NCBI GenBank assembly: GCA_903944345.1
Contig: CAJARJ010000016.1
Location: 89,852 to 153,851, forward strand
Reading direction: 5' to 3'
Source of the DNA: Candidatus Omnitrophota bacterium
GTDB lineage: Bacteria > Omnitrophota > Gorgyraeia > Zapsychrales > Fredricksoniimonadaceae
Length of the DNA: 64,000 nt
A program made the position numbers and the translations under genes. Under the pieces are notes generated by a model, which made no database searches, was not told the DNA's origin, and saw only the letters and a list, made by a program, of their open reading frames with translations. Shown in pieces: positions 11,101 to 22,907 of this stretch. Every line of letters begins with the position of its first letter. The first letter of the stretch is position 1.

Positions 11101-12233
11101 ATCAGTTACCGCAGGGGTCATCGCTCTCATATGCTGACGGACAAGTTGTCGAGAAGGGTATCATTTTTGCCAATTGGGATCCCTATACGATTCCGATTAT
11201 CACCGAAGTCAAGGGTCTGGTTAAATTCGAGGATCTTATCGAAGATGTTACCGTCAGAGGGGCATTAAACCCTGTTACAGGTATCACTGAGCGCGTGGTT
11301 GTCGAACACAAACAGGAGTATCATCCTCAGATCGTTATTTCGGTTGGAGCAGAAGTGGCTGGAATTTATTCGATTCCTGTCGGAGCTCATATTCTTGTTA
11401 ATGACAACGATGTTATCGAAGCGGGACAGATCGTTGCCAAGATTCCGCGTATGGAGCAGAAGACGCGTGACATTACTGGTGGTCTCCCTCGTGTTGCCGA
11501 GTTGTTTGAAGCCCGTCGACCGAAAGATCCTGCGGTTATTTCCGAGATCGACGGGTTTACTGAATTCGGCGAGGATCGTAAAGGTAACAGAACAATTATT
11601 GTTAAGAGTCCAACGGGGATGTCCAAGGAATATACTATTCCGCACGGCAAGCATCCGACGGTGTATAAGGGTGACAAGGTTTTTGCTGGACAACAGCTCA
11701 CCGAAGGCCCGACGGTGCCGCAGGATATTCTTCGCGTCTCCGGCGACAAAGTTTTGCAGGAATATCTTCTGAATGAAGTTCAGGAAGTTTATCGTTTGCA
11801 GGGCGTCAGAATTAACGACAAGCATATTGAAATTATTATTTCGCAGATGCTCAAGAAGGTGCGTGTCGATGAAGCCGGTGACTCTGAATTTATCGTCGGA
11901 GAACAGGTTGATCGCAATGTTTTCCGCAAAGCCAATGAAGTAATAATTAAAAAGAAAGGCAAGCCTGCGCAGGCAACACCGTTACTTTTGGGTATCACAA
12001 AAGTCTCTTTGACGACGGACAGCTTTATTTCTGCTGCCAGTTTCCAAGAAACAACAAGAGTGTTGACAGAAGCGGCTTCGTCTGGTAAAATTGACCTTCT
12101 TTCTGGATTGAAAGAAAACGTAATTGTCGGTCATTTAATACCGGCAGGTACGGGGTTTCATTTATATAACAATGTTCAAATGGTGAAGTATGCCGACAAT
12201 ACAGCAGTTGATAAGGAAGAGCAGGACGCTTAA
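8133..12233 (+). CDS. rpoC: DNA-directed RNA polymerase subunit beta'
   Basis: 1366 aa; zinc-binding [20 protein letters not shown], catalytic NADFDGD motif; overlaps rpoB stop (ATGA). Confidence 0.97.
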   Translation: MDTKIDISKQDRITIRIASPDTIKSWSNGSVKKAETLNYRTLKPEKDGLFCEKIFGPVRDWECNCGKYKGIKFKGITCDRCGVLVTRSSVRRERMGHIDLACPVTHIWFYKAVPSRLAALLGIGLRDLEKIIYYEEYVVLDPDKTPLKKKSLLSEDKYQEAVAKHGAGFRAKIGAEAIRDLLREIDMDALAKKLRKDLEKSNPSGTNYKKVLKTLKIVEDFKLSGNLAEWMILDILPVIPPDLRPLVPLEGGRFATSDLNDLYRRVINRNNRLKKLIDLNAPEIIIRNEKRMLQEAVDALLDNGRHGRPVLGSGNRPLKSLSDMLKGKQGRFRMNLLGKRVDYSGRSVIVVGPELKLYQCGLPKKMALELFEPFIIRKLRERGFVHTIKGAKRMVERANVEVWDILDEVIKDHPIMLNRAPTLHRLSIQAFQPVLIEGKAITLHPLVCTAFNADFDGDQMAVHIPLSIEAQTECRLQMLSANNLFSPADGRPIVSPTQDIVLGLYYLTKERPAVEHASKIFSNRSEVIVAYNDGLVDLHLGIRVRLDIPLWGEDKSSTIIKTEQIGNSEKFVQVPDAGKTKISETTVGRVLFNEIVNPALGFVNVTLDKKRIGAVIADCYKKLGHNETVQFLDRVKQLGFRHATLAGISIAMSDLMQPKDKEAVINGAKLDARKVEDQYHKGVITGRERYNKVIDIWTHTTEVISELVFKKMDPFNPVYIMADSGARGSKLQIRQLSGMRGLMAKPSGEIIENPITASFREGLTVLEYFISTHGARKGLADTALKTADAGYLTRRLVDVAQEMVVTEEDCGTLNGVAVSAIIEGDDVVVSLKERIIGRVALDTIVDVVTDQKIVSSGEEINEEKAELIEQLGIERVRIRTVLTCEAQRGICVKCYGRNLASHRLAEMGEAVGVIAAQSIGEPGTQLTMRTFHIGGTASGSVQQANLKSKNKGLLKYHQLRVVEKGKEFIVLNRNGAVSINNEYGRELERYQLPQGSSLSYADGQVVEKGIIFANWDPYTIPIITEVKGLVKFEDLIEDVTVRGALNPVTGITERVVVEHKQEYHPQIVISVGAEVAGIYSIPVGAHILVNDNDVIEAGQIVAKIPRMEQKTRDITGGLPRVAELFEARRPKDPAVISEIDGFTEFGEDRKGNRTIIVKSPTGMSKEYTIPHGKHPTVYKGDKVFAGQQLTEGPTVPQDILRVSGDKVLQEYLLNEVQEVYRLQGVRINDKHIEIIISQMLKKVRVDEAGDSEFIVGEQVDRNVFRKANEVIIKKKGKPAQATPLLLGITKVSLTTDSFISAASFQETTRVLTEAASSGKIDLLSGLKENVIVGHLIPAGTGFHLYNNVQMVKYADNTAVDKEEQDA

Positions 12234-12564
12234 CTTTAGCAAGAGCAAATCTCCGGCTCTGGATAGTTGTCCACAAAAGCGCGGAGTTTGTTTGCAGGTT
12301 AAGACGATGACGCCCAAAAAGCCAAATTCGGCTTTGCGTAAAATTGCGCGCGTTCGTTTGTCGAATAAGGTTGAGGTTACTTCTTATATACCAGGAGAAG
12401 GTCACAATCTTCAGGAGCACTCAATTGTTCTGGTAAGAGGCGGAAGAGTCAAGGATTTACCTGGTGTTCGTTACCATACCGTTCGTGGAACGCTTGATGC
12501 TTCTGGTGTTGCCAAGAGAAAGAAATCCAGGTCTAAGTACGGAACCAAGAAAGCGAAGTCTTAA
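12190..12564 (+). CDS. rpsL: 30S ribosomal protein S12
   Basis: Canonical S12 N-terminus [12 protein letters not shown] and PQKRGVC...[11 protein letters not shown]; the start lies 44 nt inside the rpoC 3' end in a different frame. Confidence 0.93.
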   Translation: MPTIQQLIRKSRTLNFSKSKSPALDSCPQKRGVCLQVKTMTPKKPNSALRKIARVRLSNKVEVTSYIPGEGHNLQEHSIVLVRGGRVKDLPGVRYHTVRGTLDASGVAKRKKSRSKYGTKKAKS

Positions 12565-12567
12565 TTT

Positions 12568-13038
12568 ATGAGAAGAAGGCGTGCAGACAAAAGGATCGTA
12601 GTAGCTGATCCCAAGTATAATAGTGAGCTTGTTTCCCGTTTTATAAGTGTTGTCATGCAGAGCGGGAAAAAAATGGCGGCTGAAAAAATCGTATACGGTG
12701 CAATCGAAATTTTGCAAGAAAAAATTACCGAAGAAGCTCCTCTTAAGGTTTTCGGCAAGGCGATTGACAGTGTTCGTCCTCGTGTCGAGCTCAAGGCTCG
12801 TCGTGTTGGTGGTGCCACTTATCAGGTTCCGGTTGATGTGTCTCCGCTTCGTGGAACTTCATTAGCCCTCCGCTGGATTCGTGATTACGCCCGCAAGAAA
12901 AAAGGTAAGCCAATGATGAACAAGCTTGCTGATGAGTTGCTGGCAGCGTATAAGCAGGAAGGTGCTGCTATCAAAAAGCGTGACGAAACGCATAAGATGG
13001 CAGAGGCTAATAAGGCGTATAGCCATTTCCGTTGGTAA
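12568..13038 (+). CDS. rpsG: 30S ribosomal protein S7
   Basis: S7 family similarity and conserved position after rpsL. Confidence 0.95.
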   Translation: MRRRRADKRIVVADPKYNSELVSRFISVVMQSGKKMAAEKIVYGAIEILQEKITEEAPLKVFGKAIDSVRPRVELKARRVGGATYQVPVDVSPLRGTSLALRWIRDYARKKKGKPMMNKLADELLAAYKQEGAAIKKRDETHKMAEANKAYSHFRW

Positions 13039-13071
13039 TCGATAAAAGATATTCCATAAAGGTTGGACTAA

Positions 13072-15174
13072 ATGGCAGGCGAGCAAATTCCGTTAGAAAG
13101 AATCAGAAATATTGGTATTATTGCGCATATTGATGCGGGTAAAACCACCACGACCGAGCGTATTCTTTATTATACAGGTGTAATCCATAAGATGGGCACT
13201 GTTGATGAGGGTAATACGACTATGGATTTCATGGCTCAGGAGAAGGAGCGTGGAATCACTATCATGGCGGCCAATACTACAACTTCATGGAAGAATCATA
13301 AAGTCAACATTATAGATACCCCTGGTCACGTTGATTTTACTATTGAAGTTGAGCGTTCCTTAAAGGTTCTTGATGGTGCTGTCATTGTTTTGTGTTCTAC
13401 TTCAGGCGTGCAATCGCAGACTGAAACTGTCTGGCGTCAAGCCGAACGCTACCATGTCCCGCGTATTGCTTTTATAAATAAAGTCGATCGTTTAGGTGCG
13501 GATTTTGAGCGAGTTCTTGGCCAGATTTTTGATCGTTTGGGCGCTAATGCCGCACCCATTAATTTACCAGATGCGCACGAAGATCGTTTTAACGGCATTA
13601 TTGATGTCGTTAACATGAAATATATAACTTACGCTGATGCTGATGGGCTTGAAGTTTTGGTTAATGATATTCCTGCTGAATTTAAGGAAAAGGCCGAGAA
13701 ATACCATCATTTGCTGATTGAGAAGGTTGCTGAAGCTGATGATCAAATCATGGAGAAGTATCTGGCCGAACAGCCGGTTACTGCCGCAGAATTAAAAAGT
13801 GGAATTCGTCGTGCTGTTTTAAAGGCTAAATTTCTTCCTGTTCTAGCCGGTACTGCATTAAAAAATCGTGGAGTTCAGCTCGTTTTGGATGCGGTTGTTG
13901 ATTTTCTTCCTTCTCCTCTGGAAGTTATGCAAGCCAGGGGCAAGAACCCTGACACCGAGGCAGAGATTTCTTGTATTCCTGCTGAAGATCAACCTTTGGC
14001 AGCGTTGGTTTTCAAAGTGGCTTCGGATCCATATGTTGGAAAGCTTTTTTACACGCGTATTTATGCAGGTACAATTACATCAGGTGAGCAATTGTATAAT
14101 TCTGGTCGTGGTAAGACCGAGCGTATATCGAAAATATTGATGATGCATGCCAATAAACAGGAAATTATCAATAAAATTGGTCCTGGTGAAATTGTTGCGC
14201 TAGTGGGCTTGAAAGAAAGCAAAAATGGTGATACTCTTTGTCGCGAAAAGTCACCGATTGTTCTTGAGAGCATGCGAGTTCCTGAGCCAGTTGTTTCAAT
14301 GGCTTTGGAGCCAAAAACTAAAGCTGACCAGGATAAATTAGGCATTATTCTTCGTAAGTTTCTTGATGAGGATCCTTCGTTGCGTGTTGAGTACGATCAC
14401 GAAACATCGCAAACGATTATTTCTGGTATGGGCGAGTTGCATCTTGAAATTATCATTGATCGTATGCGTCGAGAAAACAATCTTGAGGCCAATATTGGTC
14501 GTCCTCAGGTTGCTTACAAAGAGACAATTACTCGAAAGATCGATAAAATTGTTGGTAAGTTTATTTCGCAGACCGGTGGTCGTGGTCAATATGGGCACGT
14601 TGTTATCAATGTAGAGCCTGGGGTTAAGGGTTCGGGCGTTAAATTTGTCGATGAAATTGTTGGTGGCGCTATTCCGCGTGAATTTATTAAATCAGTAGAG
14701 AACGGAATAAAGGCTCAGTCACACAATGGTGTTCTTGCGGGCTATCCGGTCACTGATATGGTCGTTTATTTGGTTGATGGATCCTATCATGATGTCGACT
14801 CAAGTGATATTGCTTTTCAGATGGCTGCAAAGATTGCCTTGAAAGATGCTTTGGTTAAAGGAGTTTCGGTCTTTACTGAGCCTATTATGGCTGTTGAAGT
14901 TGCAGTTCCTGAAGATTTTATGGGATCTGTTATTGGTGATTTAAATACACGCCGGGCTAAGATTACAGAGTTAGGTAATATGGGAAATGTAAAAACGGCC
15001 CGTGCCGATGTTCCTCTGGCCGAGATGTTCAATTATGCAAATGCGTTGCGTTCATTAACGCAGGGGCGTGCGAGTTTCTCTATGGAACCTTCTTACTATG
15101 CTCAGGTACCTAACAACATTAGTGAGAAGATCATTGGAGCCCGTCAAGAATATCTCAACAGAAAGAAAGCTTAA
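13072..15174 (+). CDS. fusA: Elongation factor G
   Basis: 700 aa; G1 [22 protein letters not shown] motifs and EF-G domains III-V. Confidence 0.96.
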   Translation: MAGEQIPLERIRNIGIIAHIDAGKTTTTERILYYTGVIHKMGTVDEGNTTMDFMAQEKERGITIMAANTTTSWKNHKVNIIDTPGHVDFTIEVERSLKVLDGAVIVLCSTSGVQSQTETVWRQAERYHVPRIAFINKVDRLGADFERVLGQIFDRLGANAAPINLPDAHEDRFNGIIDVVNMKYITYADADGLEVLVNDIPAEFKEKAEKYHHLLIEKVAEADDQIMEKYLAEQPVTAAELKSGIRRAVLKAKFLPVLAGTALKNRGVQLVLDAVVDFLPSPLEVMQARGKNPDTEAEISCIPAEDQPLAALVFKVASDPYVGKLFYTRIYAGTITSGEQLYNSGRGKTERISKILMMHANKQEIINKIGPGEIVALVGLKESKNGDTLCREKSPIVLESMRVPEPVVSMALEPKTKADQDKLGIILRKFLDEDPSLRVEYDHETSQTIISGMGELHLEIIIDRMRRENNLEANIGRPQVAYKETITRKIDKIVGKFISQTGGRGQYGHVVINVEPGVKGSGVKFVDEIVGGAIPREFIKSVENGIKAQSHNGVLAGYPVTDMVVYLVDGSYHDVDSSDIAFQMAAKIALKDALVKGVSVFTEPIMAVEVAVPEDFMGSVIGDLNTRRAKITELGNMGNVKTARADVPLAEMFNYANALRSLTQGRASFSMEPSYYAQVPNNISEKIIGARQEYLNRKKA

Positions 15175-15202
15175 ATAAGGTTATTAATCAGGGAGGAAGG
15201 TT

Positions 15203-16396
15203 ATGGCAAAAGAAAAATTTGAGAGAAATAAGCCACACTTAAATATAGGAACTATCGGTCACGTTGACCATGGTAAGACAACTTTGTCTTCAGCCATTAC
15301 AACTGTTCTTTCCGAGAAGGGTCTTGCACAGGCGCGTGCGTATGATTCCATTGATAATGCCCCTGAAGAAAAAGAGCGCGGCGTTACTATTAATATTGCT
15401 CACCTTGAATATCAGACAGACACTCGGCATTACGCTCATATCGATTGTCCTGGTCACGCAGACTACATTAAAAATATGATCACCGGTGCGGCCCAGATGG
15501 ATGGTGCTATCCTAGTTGTTTCTGCTACTGACGGGGCTATGCCTCAGACCAGAGAGCATATTTTGTTAGCTCGTCAGGTTAATGTCCCCCGTATTGTTGT
15601 TTTCTTGAACAAGTGTGATCAGGCCGATCCGGAATTACTTGACCTGGTCGAGCTTGAAATTCGCGATTTGCTTAACAAGTACAAGTTCGAAGGTGATAAG
15701 ACGCCAGTTTTACGTGGTTCAGCCTTGGATGCGTTGAATAATCCTAAGGACGTCACTGGAAAAGCTAAGTGTATTATAGATCTTATGCAGGCGGTTGATG
15801 AGTGGATTCCTATGCCTCAGCGTGAGCTTGATAAGCCATTTCTGATGGCTATTGAAGATGTGTTTTCAATTTCTGGTCGTGGAACTGTTGCCACTGGTCG
15901 TATTGAGCGTGGTATTGTTAAGGTCGGTCAAGAAGCTGATATGGTTGGCTTGCGTCCCGAAGTTGGTAAGACAACCGTGACAGGTGTCGAAATGTTCCGC
16001 AAGGAGCTTGATGAAGGCCAGGCTGGAGATAACGTCGGATTGCTATTGCGTGGCGTTGATAAGGATAAAATTGAACGCGGAATGGTTCTTGCCGCACCTG
16101 GTTCAATTAAGCCGCACAAGAAGTTTAAGTGTTCCGTTTATATCCTCTCTAAAGAAGAAGGTGGCCGTCATACGCCTTTCTTCAAAGGATATCGTCCGCA
16201 GTTTTATTTCAGAACTACTGACGTTACTGGATCAGCAGAGTTACCTGCCGGCGTTGAAATGTGTATGCCTGGCGATAATGTTACTCTTTCCGTTGAGTTG
16301 ATTGTACCTGTTGCTTGCGAAAAAGAGTTGAGATTTGCTATTCGTGAAGGTGGAAAGACTGTGGGTGCGGGTGTTGTAACAGACATCATTGAATAA
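15203..16396 (+). CDS. tuf: Elongation factor Tu
   Basis: 397 aa; [22 protein letters not shown]; strong SD gggaggaagg. Confidence 0.97.
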   Translation: MAKEKFERNKPHLNIGTIGHVDHGKTTLSSAITTVLSEKGLAQARAYDSIDNAPEEKERGVTINIAHLEYQTDTRHYAHIDCPGHADYIKNMITGAAQMDGAILVVSATDGAMPQTREHILLARQVNVPRIVVFLNKCDQADPELLDLVELEIRDLLNKYKFEGDKTPVLRGSALDALNNPKDVTGKAKCIIDLMQAVDEWIPMPQRELDKPFLMAIEDVFSISGRGTVATGRIERGIVKVGQEADMVGLRPEVGKTTVTGVEMFRKELDEGQAGDNVGLLLRGVDKDKIERGMVLAAPGSIKPHKKFKCSVYILSKEEGGRHTPFFKGYRPQFYFRTTDVTGSAELPAGVEMCMPGDNVTLSVELIVPVACEKELRFAIREGGKTVGAGVVTDIIE

Positions 16397-16425
16397 TATA
16401 ATAACGGATCAAGTTCCAGGATAAC

Positions 16426-16728
16426 ATGCAGAAAATACGCATAAAGCTTAAGGCTTACGATCACAGACTTATTGATCAGTCGACTCAGGAAATTGTTGAT
16501 ACGGCAATCAGGACTGGTGCAAAAGTTCATGGCCCGATTCCGCTGCCAACAAAGAAAGAATTGTATACTGTTCTTAGGTCGCCTGTTATTGATAAGAAAT
16601 CGCGTGAGCAGTTCAAGCTGGCTACGCACAAACGGCTTATCGATTTGCTGGATCCGACTTCTAAAACAGTTGATGCTCTTAGAAAGTTGAATCTGCCAGT
16701 CGGTGTGGATGTTACGATCAAACAATAA
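16426..16728 (+). CDS. rpsJ: 30S ribosomal protein S10
   Basis: [17 protein letters not shown]...; first gene of the S10 operon. Confidence 0.96.
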   Translation: MQKIRIKLKAYDHRLIDQSTQEIVDTAIRTGAKVHGPIPLPTKKELYTVLRSPVIDKKSREQFKLATHKRLIDLLDPTSKTVDALRKLNLPVGVDVTIKQ

Positions 16729-16746
16729 TTCAGTCCAAGGGTTACT

Positions 16747-17454
16747 ATGATCAGCAGTATGTTAGGTAAAAAAGTTGGCATGAGTCAGATTTTTGACACT
16801 GAGGGGAATATCGTTCCCGTCACTGCTATCGAAGTCGGACCATGTTATGTACTTGGTTTGAAGGAATCTCCTTTAAAAGTTGTCATCGGTTTTGATGAGA
16901 TTAAGGAGTCACGTTGCACCAAGCCTCGCCTGGGAGTTTTTAAAAAGTTATCTGTCCCGGCTTTAAGAACAATTAAAGAGGTCAAGTCAACGGATAATTC
17001 TTCGTACACTCTCGGTCAGAAGATTCATGCTGATCTTTTTAAGCCTGGCGAGTATGTTGATGTAATTGGGACATCAATCGGTCGTGGTTTTCAGGGGGGT
17101 ATGAAGCGTCATAACTGGATGGGTGGCGGAGCTGGTCATGGTTCTATGCATCATCGCAGAATTGGTTCTGTAGGTGCCAATACTTACCCTGGTCGTGTTC
17201 TTCGTGGTAAAACAATGCCTGGACATATGGGTGACGAACAGGTTACAGTTCAAAGCCTGAGAGTTATGTTTGTTGATCCAGAGAACAATATTTTGCTGGT
17301 AAAAGGCGCAGTTCCTGGTTGTAAGAACGGCTTGGTCACCATCCGTAAGTCCTCTAAACGAGCTTATCGATCGCTGGATGAAAAGAAAGAAGTCGTTATT
17401 CATAAACGCAACCCAATGAAGCAGGCCAAGGCCTCTGTCAAAGGGAAGAAGTAA
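16747..17454 (+). CDS. rplC: 50S ribosomal protein L3
   Basis: [12 protein letters not shown] motif; conserved order. Confidence 0.95.
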   Translation: MISSMLGKKVGMSQIFDTEGNIVPVTAIEVGPCYVLGLKESPLKVVIGFDEIKESRCTKPRLGVFKKLSVPALRTIKEVKSTDNSSYTLGQKIHADLFKPGEYVDVIGTSIGRGFQGGMKRHNWMGGGAGHGSMHHRRIGSVGANTYPGRVLRGKTMPGHMGDEQVTVQSLRVMFVDPENNILLVKGAVPGCKNGLVTIRKSSKRAYRSLDEKKEVVIHKRNPMKQAKASVKGKK

Positions 17455-17456
17455 CA

Positions 17457-18095
17457 ATGGCGAAGGAATCAATGTCTAAGCTTAATGTTTATAATCTCAG
17501 CGGGAAAGAAGTTGGCACGCTTGATTTGCCGGCGGCTTTTGGTGAAGCAGTGAATCCAGCTGTTATCCATCAGGCTATCGTGATGTATCAGGCTAACCAG
17601 CGCCAGGGAACCGCAGATACACGTACTCGTGCGGAAATCTCCGGTGGAAATAAAAAGCCATTCCGTCAGAAGGGAACTGGTCGTGCTCGTCAAGGATCTT
17701 CCAGATCGCCTCTTATGCATCATGGTGGAATCGTTTTTGGTCCGCATCCCCGTGATTTTAGTTACACTATTCCAAAGAAGGTCAGGCTTTCAGCTTTACT
17801 AGAATCTTTAAAAGACAAGTTTGGGTCCAGTTCACTTATTTGTGTCGATGACTTGGTTGTTGATTCAGCTAAAACCAAAGATTTTGTGGCTGTCTTGGCT
17901 AATTTAAAGTTATCCGGGAAGAAAATATTGGCTGTTTCAGATGATAGTAAGGAAAGTTTCAAGTTGGCGGCAAGAAATGTTCGCTCAGTCCAATTGATTC
18001 GTTCTTTAGATGTCAATGCTTTTGATGTTATGAAAAACAATACAATCCTCGCAACAAAAGCTGCGATGGAAAAAATCCTGAAGAGATTGCAATGA
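17457..18095 (+). CDS. rplD: 50S ribosomal protein L4
   Basis: L4 family similarity and position. Confidence 0.94.
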   Translation: MAKESMSKLNVYNLSGKEVGTLDLPAAFGEAVNPAVIHQAIVMYQANQRQGTADTRTRAEISGGNKKPFRQKGTGRARQGSSRSPLMHHGGIVFGPHPRDFSYTIPKKVRLSALLESLKDKFGSSSLICVDDLVVDSAKTKDFVAVLANLKLSGKKILAVSDDSKESFKLAARNVRSVQLIRSLDVNAFDVMKNNTILATKAAMEKILKRLQ

Positions 18096-18370
18096 TTACT
18101 AGCTACGATTTCATCAAGAATATCCTTAGGACCGAAAAAGGCGCCATTATCGAGAAAGATTCTCAGTATCTTTTTAGAGTAGATGGGGCAGCAACAAAGA
18201 TTGATATCAAAAAGGCAATCGAAGATATTTACAAGGTTAAGGTTCAGTCTGTTAATGTTATGCATATGCCAGGTAAGCTGAAGCGTGTTCGTAACAAGTA
18301 TGGTTATACGTCAGATTGGAAGAAAGCCGTTGTGACCCTGAAAAAGGGCAACAAAATTGAGGTGGTTTGA
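18092..18370 (+). CDS. rplW: 50S ribosomal protein L23
   Basis: L23 family similarity and position. Confidence 0.94.
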   Translation: MITSYDFIKNILRTEKGAIIEKDSQYLFRVDGAATKIDIKKAIEDIYKVKVQSVNVMHMPGKLKRVRNKYGYTSDWKKAVVTLKKGNKIEVV

Positions 18371-19206
18371 TTATGGGGATTAAGAATTTTAAACCAACAA
18401 CTCCGGGTCTGAGGCATGCTTCGCTTTGTGACTTCAGCGAACTGACCAAGCATACACCCGAGAAATCCTTGTTAACGCCTCTCAAGAAGTCTGGCGGCAG
18501 AAATAATTATGGGCGAGTGACCTCTCGCCATCGCGGCGGCGGACACAAAAGAATGTACCGTTTGATTGATTTTAAACGTGATCGTCTTAATGAGCCAGCA
18601 GTTGTTTTGGGTATTGAGTATGATCCCAATCGTTCTGTGCGTATTGCCTTAATTGAGTATCAGAATGATAAATTGCGTAATTATGTTCTTGCCCCTTTGG
18701 AAATGAAGGTTGGTGACGTTATTCTGAGTACAGACAATGAGAATCCTGAAATTAAAGTCGGGAATTGTTTGCCTTTAAGCCGGATACCTATGGGGACTCC
18801 CATTCATAATATCGAATTACATCCCGGTAGAGGCGGCAAGATTGTTCGTTCGGCAGGCACATCTGCCCAGCTTTTGGGTAAAGAGAAGGATTATGCTGTA
18901 TTAAGGCTTCCTTCCGGAGAAATGCGTCGCGTGATGGTAAACTGTCGTGCAACCATTGGTCAGCTTTCGAATCCCGAGCATGGCAGTCAATCGATCGGAA
19001 AAGCTGGACGAAATCGTTGGCTTGGAATACGTGGTCAGTCGCGTGGCGTGGTTATGAATCCTGTTGATCATCCGCACGGTGGTGGAGAGGGAAAGACTCC
19101 ACAAGGTAACCCGCATCCTGTTACTCCTTGGGGTAAGCCAACAAAAGGATTCAAGACTCGTAAGCGCAAGAATTCTGATCAATTTATTATCAAGAGAAGG
19201 AAGTAA
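18367..19206 (+). CDS. rplB: 50S ribosomal protein L2
   Basis: Conserved C-terminal [15 protein letters not shown]. Confidence 0.96.
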   Translation: MIMGIKNFKPTTPGLRHASLCDFSELTKHTPEKSLLTPLKKSGGRNNYGRVTSRHRGGGHKRMYRLIDFKRDRLNEPAVVLGIEYDPNRSVRIALIEYQNDKLRNYVLAPLEMKVGDVILSTDNENPEIKVGNCLPLSRIPMGTPIHNIELHPGRGGKIVRSAGTSAQLLGKEKDYAVLRLPSGEMRRVMVNCRATIGQLSNPEHGSQSIGKAGRNRWLGIRGQSRGVVMNPVDHPHGGGEGKTPQGNPHPVTPWGKPTKGFKTRKRKNSDQFIIKRRK

Positions 19207-19211
19207 TCATT

Positions 19212-19499
19212 ATGTCGCGTTCTGTAAGCAAGGGTCCTTTCGTTGATGAGTCGTTGAGAAGGAAGTTTGACAAGATGATGGCTTCCGGACAAAGATTGCC
19301 AATTAAAACTTGGTCTCGGCGTTCAACAATTACCCCGGATTTTGTCGGGTTCACTTTTGCAGTTCATAATGGACGTAAACATATTCCGGTTTTTGTAACG
19401 GAAAATATGGTTGGTTTCAAGCTTGGAGAGTTTGCTCCAACAAGAACGTTCAAGCAGCACGGTGGCGTAAAAGCCAAAAAGGCCATCCAGAAGAAATAA
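19212..19499 (+). CDS. rpsS: 30S ribosomal protein S19
   Basis: [12 protein letters not shown]... and [27 protein letters not shown]. Confidence 0.96.
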   Translation: MSRSVSKGPFVDESLRRKFDKMMASGQRLPIKTWSRRSTITPDFVGFTFAVHNGRKHIPVFVTENMVGFKLGEFAPTRTFKQHGGVKAKKAIQKK

Positions 19500-19512
19500 C
19501 AAGTGAGATTGT

Positions 19513-19848
19513 ATGATTGCTCAAGCAAAAGGTAGATATTTAAGAGTTTCACCGACTAAAATTAGACAAATCCTGGATCTTTTAAGAGGTAAGGATGTTC
19601 CGGCGGCTTTAGGCATATTGGCACATTTGAACAAACCGACTAAAGAAAAAATCGTAAAGGTTTTTGAGTCAGCCATTGCCAACGCCAAGCTTAAAGGTTT
19701 GTCAGAAAATCAGTTGGTTGTTTCGAAAATTACTGCTGATCAGGGGCCTGTATGGAAAAGATTCCGTGCGGCATCATTCGGTCGTGCATCTGAAGTTTTG
19801 AAGAAAACTTCTCATATCACGGTTGAGCTTGACTTAAAGGTTAAATAA
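19513..19848 (+). CDS. rplV: 50S ribosomal protein L22
   Basis: L22 family similarity and position. Confidence 0.94.
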   Translation: MIAQAKGRYLRVSPTKIRQILDLLRGKDVPAALGILAHLNKPTKEKIVKVFESAIANAKLKGLSENQLVVSKITADQGPVWKRFRAASFGRASEVLKKTSHITVELDLKVK

Positions 19849-19861
19849 GGGGAAGTGAAAC

Positions 19862-20512
19862 GTGGGCCAAAAAGTTTCTCCAATCGCTATTCGTATCGGA
19901 ATTAACAAGAATTGGCGCAGTCTGTGGTTTTCCGACAGGAAAGATTTCGCCAAGAATGTCGAGGAAGATTACAAGATACGCAAGTATATACACAAAAAAT
20001 TTATCCAGGGCGCTGTTGCTGGAGTGGATATAGAGCGTTTAAGTGGTCAGATTAAAATCAAAATTTCTTCTGCGCGTCCTGGAGTAATTATTGGTCGCAG
20101 AGGCGCAGATATTGATCGTTTGCGCGCGGATCTTTCCAAGATAACAACCAAAGAAATTTCGGTGGATATCAAGGAAATAAAGAATCCGTCTGTTGATGCT
20201 ACTCTTGTTGCTCAGAGTGTTGCTTTTCAGATGGAGAAAAGGGTAGGTTTCAGAAGGGCGATGAAACGAGCGGTAGAGCAGTCTATTCAGGCTGGTGCTA
20301 AAGGAATCAAGATTATTGTTTCTGGACGTTTGGATGGAGCTGAGATCGCCCGTCGTGAGAAATATCATGTTGGGAAAATCCCACTGCAAACATTCAGAGC
20401 AGATATTGATTATGGGTTTGCCGAAGCTAATACAACATTTGGTTGTATTGGTGTCAAAGTCTGGATTTATAAAGGTGATACGTTGAAGGATGTTCGCAAA
20501 GAAGAAGTATAA
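19862..20512 (+). CDS. rpsC: 30S ribosomal protein S3
   Basis: MGQKVSPIAIRIGINKNWRS...; KH domain; GTG start. Confidence 0.95.
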   Translation: MGQKVSPIAIRIGINKNWRSLWFSDRKDFAKNVEEDYKIRKYIHKKFIQGAVAGVDIERLSGQIKIKISSARPGVIIGRRGADIDRLRADLSKITTKEISVDIKEIKNPSVDATLVAQSVAFQMEKRVGFRRAMKRAVEQSIQAGAKGIKIIVSGRLDGAEIARREKYHVGKIPLQTFRADIDYGFAEANTTFGCIGVKVWIYKGDTLKDVRKEEV

Positions 20513-20526
20513 CGGGAGCTAGTTTT

Positions 20527-20940
20527 ATGGCTTTACTGCCCAAAAGAGTTAAATATCGTAAATCACAAAAAGGTAAATGTCGCGGCGTTGCGTCTTCTGG
20601 CGATCGTTTATCTTTTGGAGAGTATGGGTTGAAGGCTATCGATAATGGCCTGATTCATGCCAACCATATTGAGGCTTGTCGTGTCGCTATGGCTCGTAAG
20701 CTTCGAGGTGCGGGTAAGGTCTGGATTAATATTTTCCCGCACAAGCCAGTTACTAAAAAGCCGGCTGAAACCCGTATGGGTAAAGGTAAAGGGGATCTTG
20801 ATCACTGGGTGGCTGTAATCAAGCGAGGCAAGATCGTATTTGAGATCAGCGGTGTTCCTGAAGATTTTGCCAAGAATTTATTAAGGTTAGTTGCTTTTAA
20901 ATTACCGGTTAAGACAAAGTTTATAGTTCGAGCTCATTAG
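20527..20940 (+). CDS. rplP: 50S ribosomal protein L16
   Basis: [17 protein letters not shown]... Confidence 0.96.
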   Translation: MALLPKRVKYRKSQKGKCRGVASSGDRLSFGEYGLKAIDNGLIHANHIEACRVAMARKLRGAGKVWINIFPHKPVTKKPAETRMGKGKGDLDHWVAVIKRGKIVFEISGVPEDFAKNLLRLVAFKLPVKTKFIVRAH

Positions 20941-20957
20941 ATCTGATTGAGGGACCA

Positions 20958-21146
20958 ATGAATTTAAAAGATATCAGGAATCTTAACATCACTGATTTGG
21001 CGCAAAGAGAAAAGTCTCTCAGAAAAGAACTTTTTGATATGCGTCAGCAAAGTCGCATGGGCAAGGTTGAAAAGCCTGCCAGTTTCAAGACCGTCCGTAA
21101 GGAGATTGCACAGATTCTTACAGTTATCAAAGAAAGAAAAATTTAA
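20958..21146 (+). CDS. rpmC: 50S ribosomal protein L29
   Basis: 62-aa helical protein between rplP and rpsQ. Confidence 0.9.
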   Translation: MNLKDIRNLNITDLAQREKSLRKELFDMRQQSRMGKVEKPASFKTVRKEIAQILTVIKERKI

Positions 21147-21147
21147 A

Positions 21148-21429
21148 ATGGAAAAGAGAATAAACCGCCGCAAGATTCTCACTGGTTCGGTTATCAGTGA
21201 TAAAATGATGAAAACCCGCGTGGTCGAGGTTAAGTCTCATGCCAAGCATCCCAAGTATTCGAAATTGATCACGAATTTTGTTCGATACAAGGCGCATGAT
21301 GAAAAAAATGAGTCCAAGACCGGTGATGTGGTTTCAATGTCCTTGACTCGTCCTTTATCAAAAGATAAAAGATGGGTCATTACGGAAATCGTGAAGAAGG
21401 TTGTGACTGAAGAGGCGGTGGTTTTATGA
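21148..21429 (+). CDS. rpsQ: 30S ribosomal protein S17
   Basis: ATG 21148 two nt after rpmC stop; product MEKRINRRKILTGSVISDKMMKTRVVEV... is S17; ORF-track start 21034 over-extends into rpmC. Confidence 0.92.
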   Translation: MEKRINRRKILTGSVISDKMMKTRVVEVKSHAKHPKYSKLITNFVRYKAHDEKNESKTGDVVSMSLTRPLSKDKRWVITEIVKKVVTEEAVVL

Positions 21430-21794
21430 TTCAGATGAAAAGTATTTTGCAAGTGGCCGACAACACTGGAGCACGTACAGCCTCAGTGATTGGCGTAATG
21501 AATGCTAAAGGAAAGCTAGTTGCCAACCTTGGCGATATTATCAAAGTTAATATTAAAGAATCAACCCCTGATGCTGCGATCAAAAAAGGTCAGAAGGCCA
21601 AAGGCGTAGTTGTTCGTACAAAAGCTCGTGTTCGTCGTTCAGATGGCACATATGTCCGTTTTGATTCTAATGCCGTAGTTCTGATTGACGACGGTGGAAA
21701 TCCCAGAGGAACTCGTGTTTTTGGTCCGGTTGCCCGAGAATTACGCAATATGGAATATATGAAGATTATATCTTTAGCTCCCGAGGTGGTTTAA
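21426..21794 (+). CDS. rplN: 50S ribosomal protein L14
   Basis: MIQMKSILQVADNTGAR... Confidence 0.96.
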   Translation: MIQMKSILQVADNTGARTASVIGVMNAKGKLVANLGDIIKVNIKESTPDAAIKKGQKAKGVVVRTKARVRRSDGTYVRFDSNAVVLIDDGGNPRGTRVFGPVARELRNMEYMKIISLAPEVV

Positions 21795-22105
21795 TGTTAC
21801 GGATCAAGCGCGACGATAAAGTCATGGTTGTTGCCGGCAAAGATAAGGGAAAGTCCGGCAAAGTAGTCAAAGTTTTAGCAGCTGAAAACAAGTTAATCAT
21901 TGAAAATGTTAATTTGGTCAAGAAGGCTGTAAGAAAGAGCGACCAGTATCCCAATGGTGGTTTTATTGAAATTGAAAAGCCTGTTCATCTTTCTAATGTC
22001 ATGTTGGTTGACGCCAAGAACAACAAGCCAACACGTTTTAAGGTCAAGCTTCTTAAGGATGGCGCCAAACTTCGTGTAGGTACGAAAAGCGGCGAAACGA
22101 TTTAA
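21794..22105 (+). CDS. rplX: 50S ribosomal protein L24
   Basis: KOW motif KVMVVAGKDKGKSGKVVKV. Confidence 0.95.
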   Translation: MLRIKRDDKVMVVAGKDKGKSGKVVKVLAAENKLIIENVNLVKKAVRKSDQYPNGGFIEIEKPVHLSNVMLVDAKNNKPTRFKVKLLKDGAKLRVGTKSGETI

Positions 22106-22117
22106 TGAGGTGGTTCA

Positions 22118-22663
22118 GTGAAATCGGAATTATTTGACAAATATCAACAAAATGTCGTCCCTGAAATGATGTCTAAATACGGCATCAAAAATGTTATGGC
22201 TGTTCCCCGTATTGAAAAGATCGTTGTCAATATGGGTGTCGGCGAAGCGCGGGATGATATCAAATTTCTCGAGCAATCAGCCGAGGAATTGGCTCTTATA
22301 ACAGGCCAGAAACCGACAATTCGTCGCTCCAAGAAAGCTATCTCGAATTTCAGATTAAGAGAGGGTCTTCCGGTCGGTTGTAAAGTTACTTTGCGTCGTG
22401 TGCGTATGTACGAATTTTTAAACAAATTGATCAATGTTGTTCTTCCCCGTATTCGCGATTTTAATGGAATTTCTCGCAAGTGTTTTGACAGGGAGGGGAA
22501 CTATACCTTGGGCGTAAAAGAGCAGGCAATCTTTCCGGAGATTGATCCGACTAAACGCGATTTTCGTTCTCAGGGTATGGATATCTCTATAGTGATTAAA
22601 GGTGGCAATGTCGAGCAGAATATGCAATTACTGACTCTTCTTGGAATGCCATTCACGAAATAA
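22118..22663 (+). CDS. rplE: 50S ribosomal protein L5
   Basis: L5 family; GTG start. Confidence 0.94.
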   Translation: MKSELFDKYQQNVVPEMMSKYGIKNVMAVPRIEKIVVNMGVGEARDDIKFLEQSAEELALITGQKPTIRRSKKAISNFRLREGLPVGCKVTLRRVRMYEFLNKLINVVLPRIRDFNGISRKCFDREGNYTLGVKEQAIFPEIDPTKRDFRSQGMDISIVIKGGNVEQNMQLLTLLGMPFTK

Positions 22664-22683
22664 GATAAGGACACTAATTTTTT

Positions 22684-22869
22684 ATGGCAAAAAAAGCATT
22701 ACTTATCAAATCCAAGAAAACGCCTAAATTCTCTACCAGGCATCACAATCGTTGTCATCTATGCGGACGTTCGCGAGCATTTCTGAGACGTTTCGGCGTA
22801 TGTCGTCTTTGTTTTAGAGAGTTGGCATGGAAAGGTGAAATTCCTGGCGTAAAGAAGGCTAGCTGGTAA
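22684..22869 (+). CDS. rpsZ: 30S ribosomal protein S14, zinc-binding type Z
   Basis: 61 aa with CxxC...CxxC (CHLCGRS...CRLCFRE). Confidence 0.93.
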   Translation: MAKKALLIKSKKTPKFSTRHHNRCHLCGRSRAFLRRFGVCRLCFRELAWKGEIPGVKKASW

Positions 22870-22907
22870 CAAATCAGATAACAGCATAAAATAAGAGGTT
22901 TATTGCA

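Noticed and set aside
12025-12420. 131-aa minus-strand ORF across the rpoC/rpsL junction
   Set aside because: Antisense to two highly conserved genes; no features.
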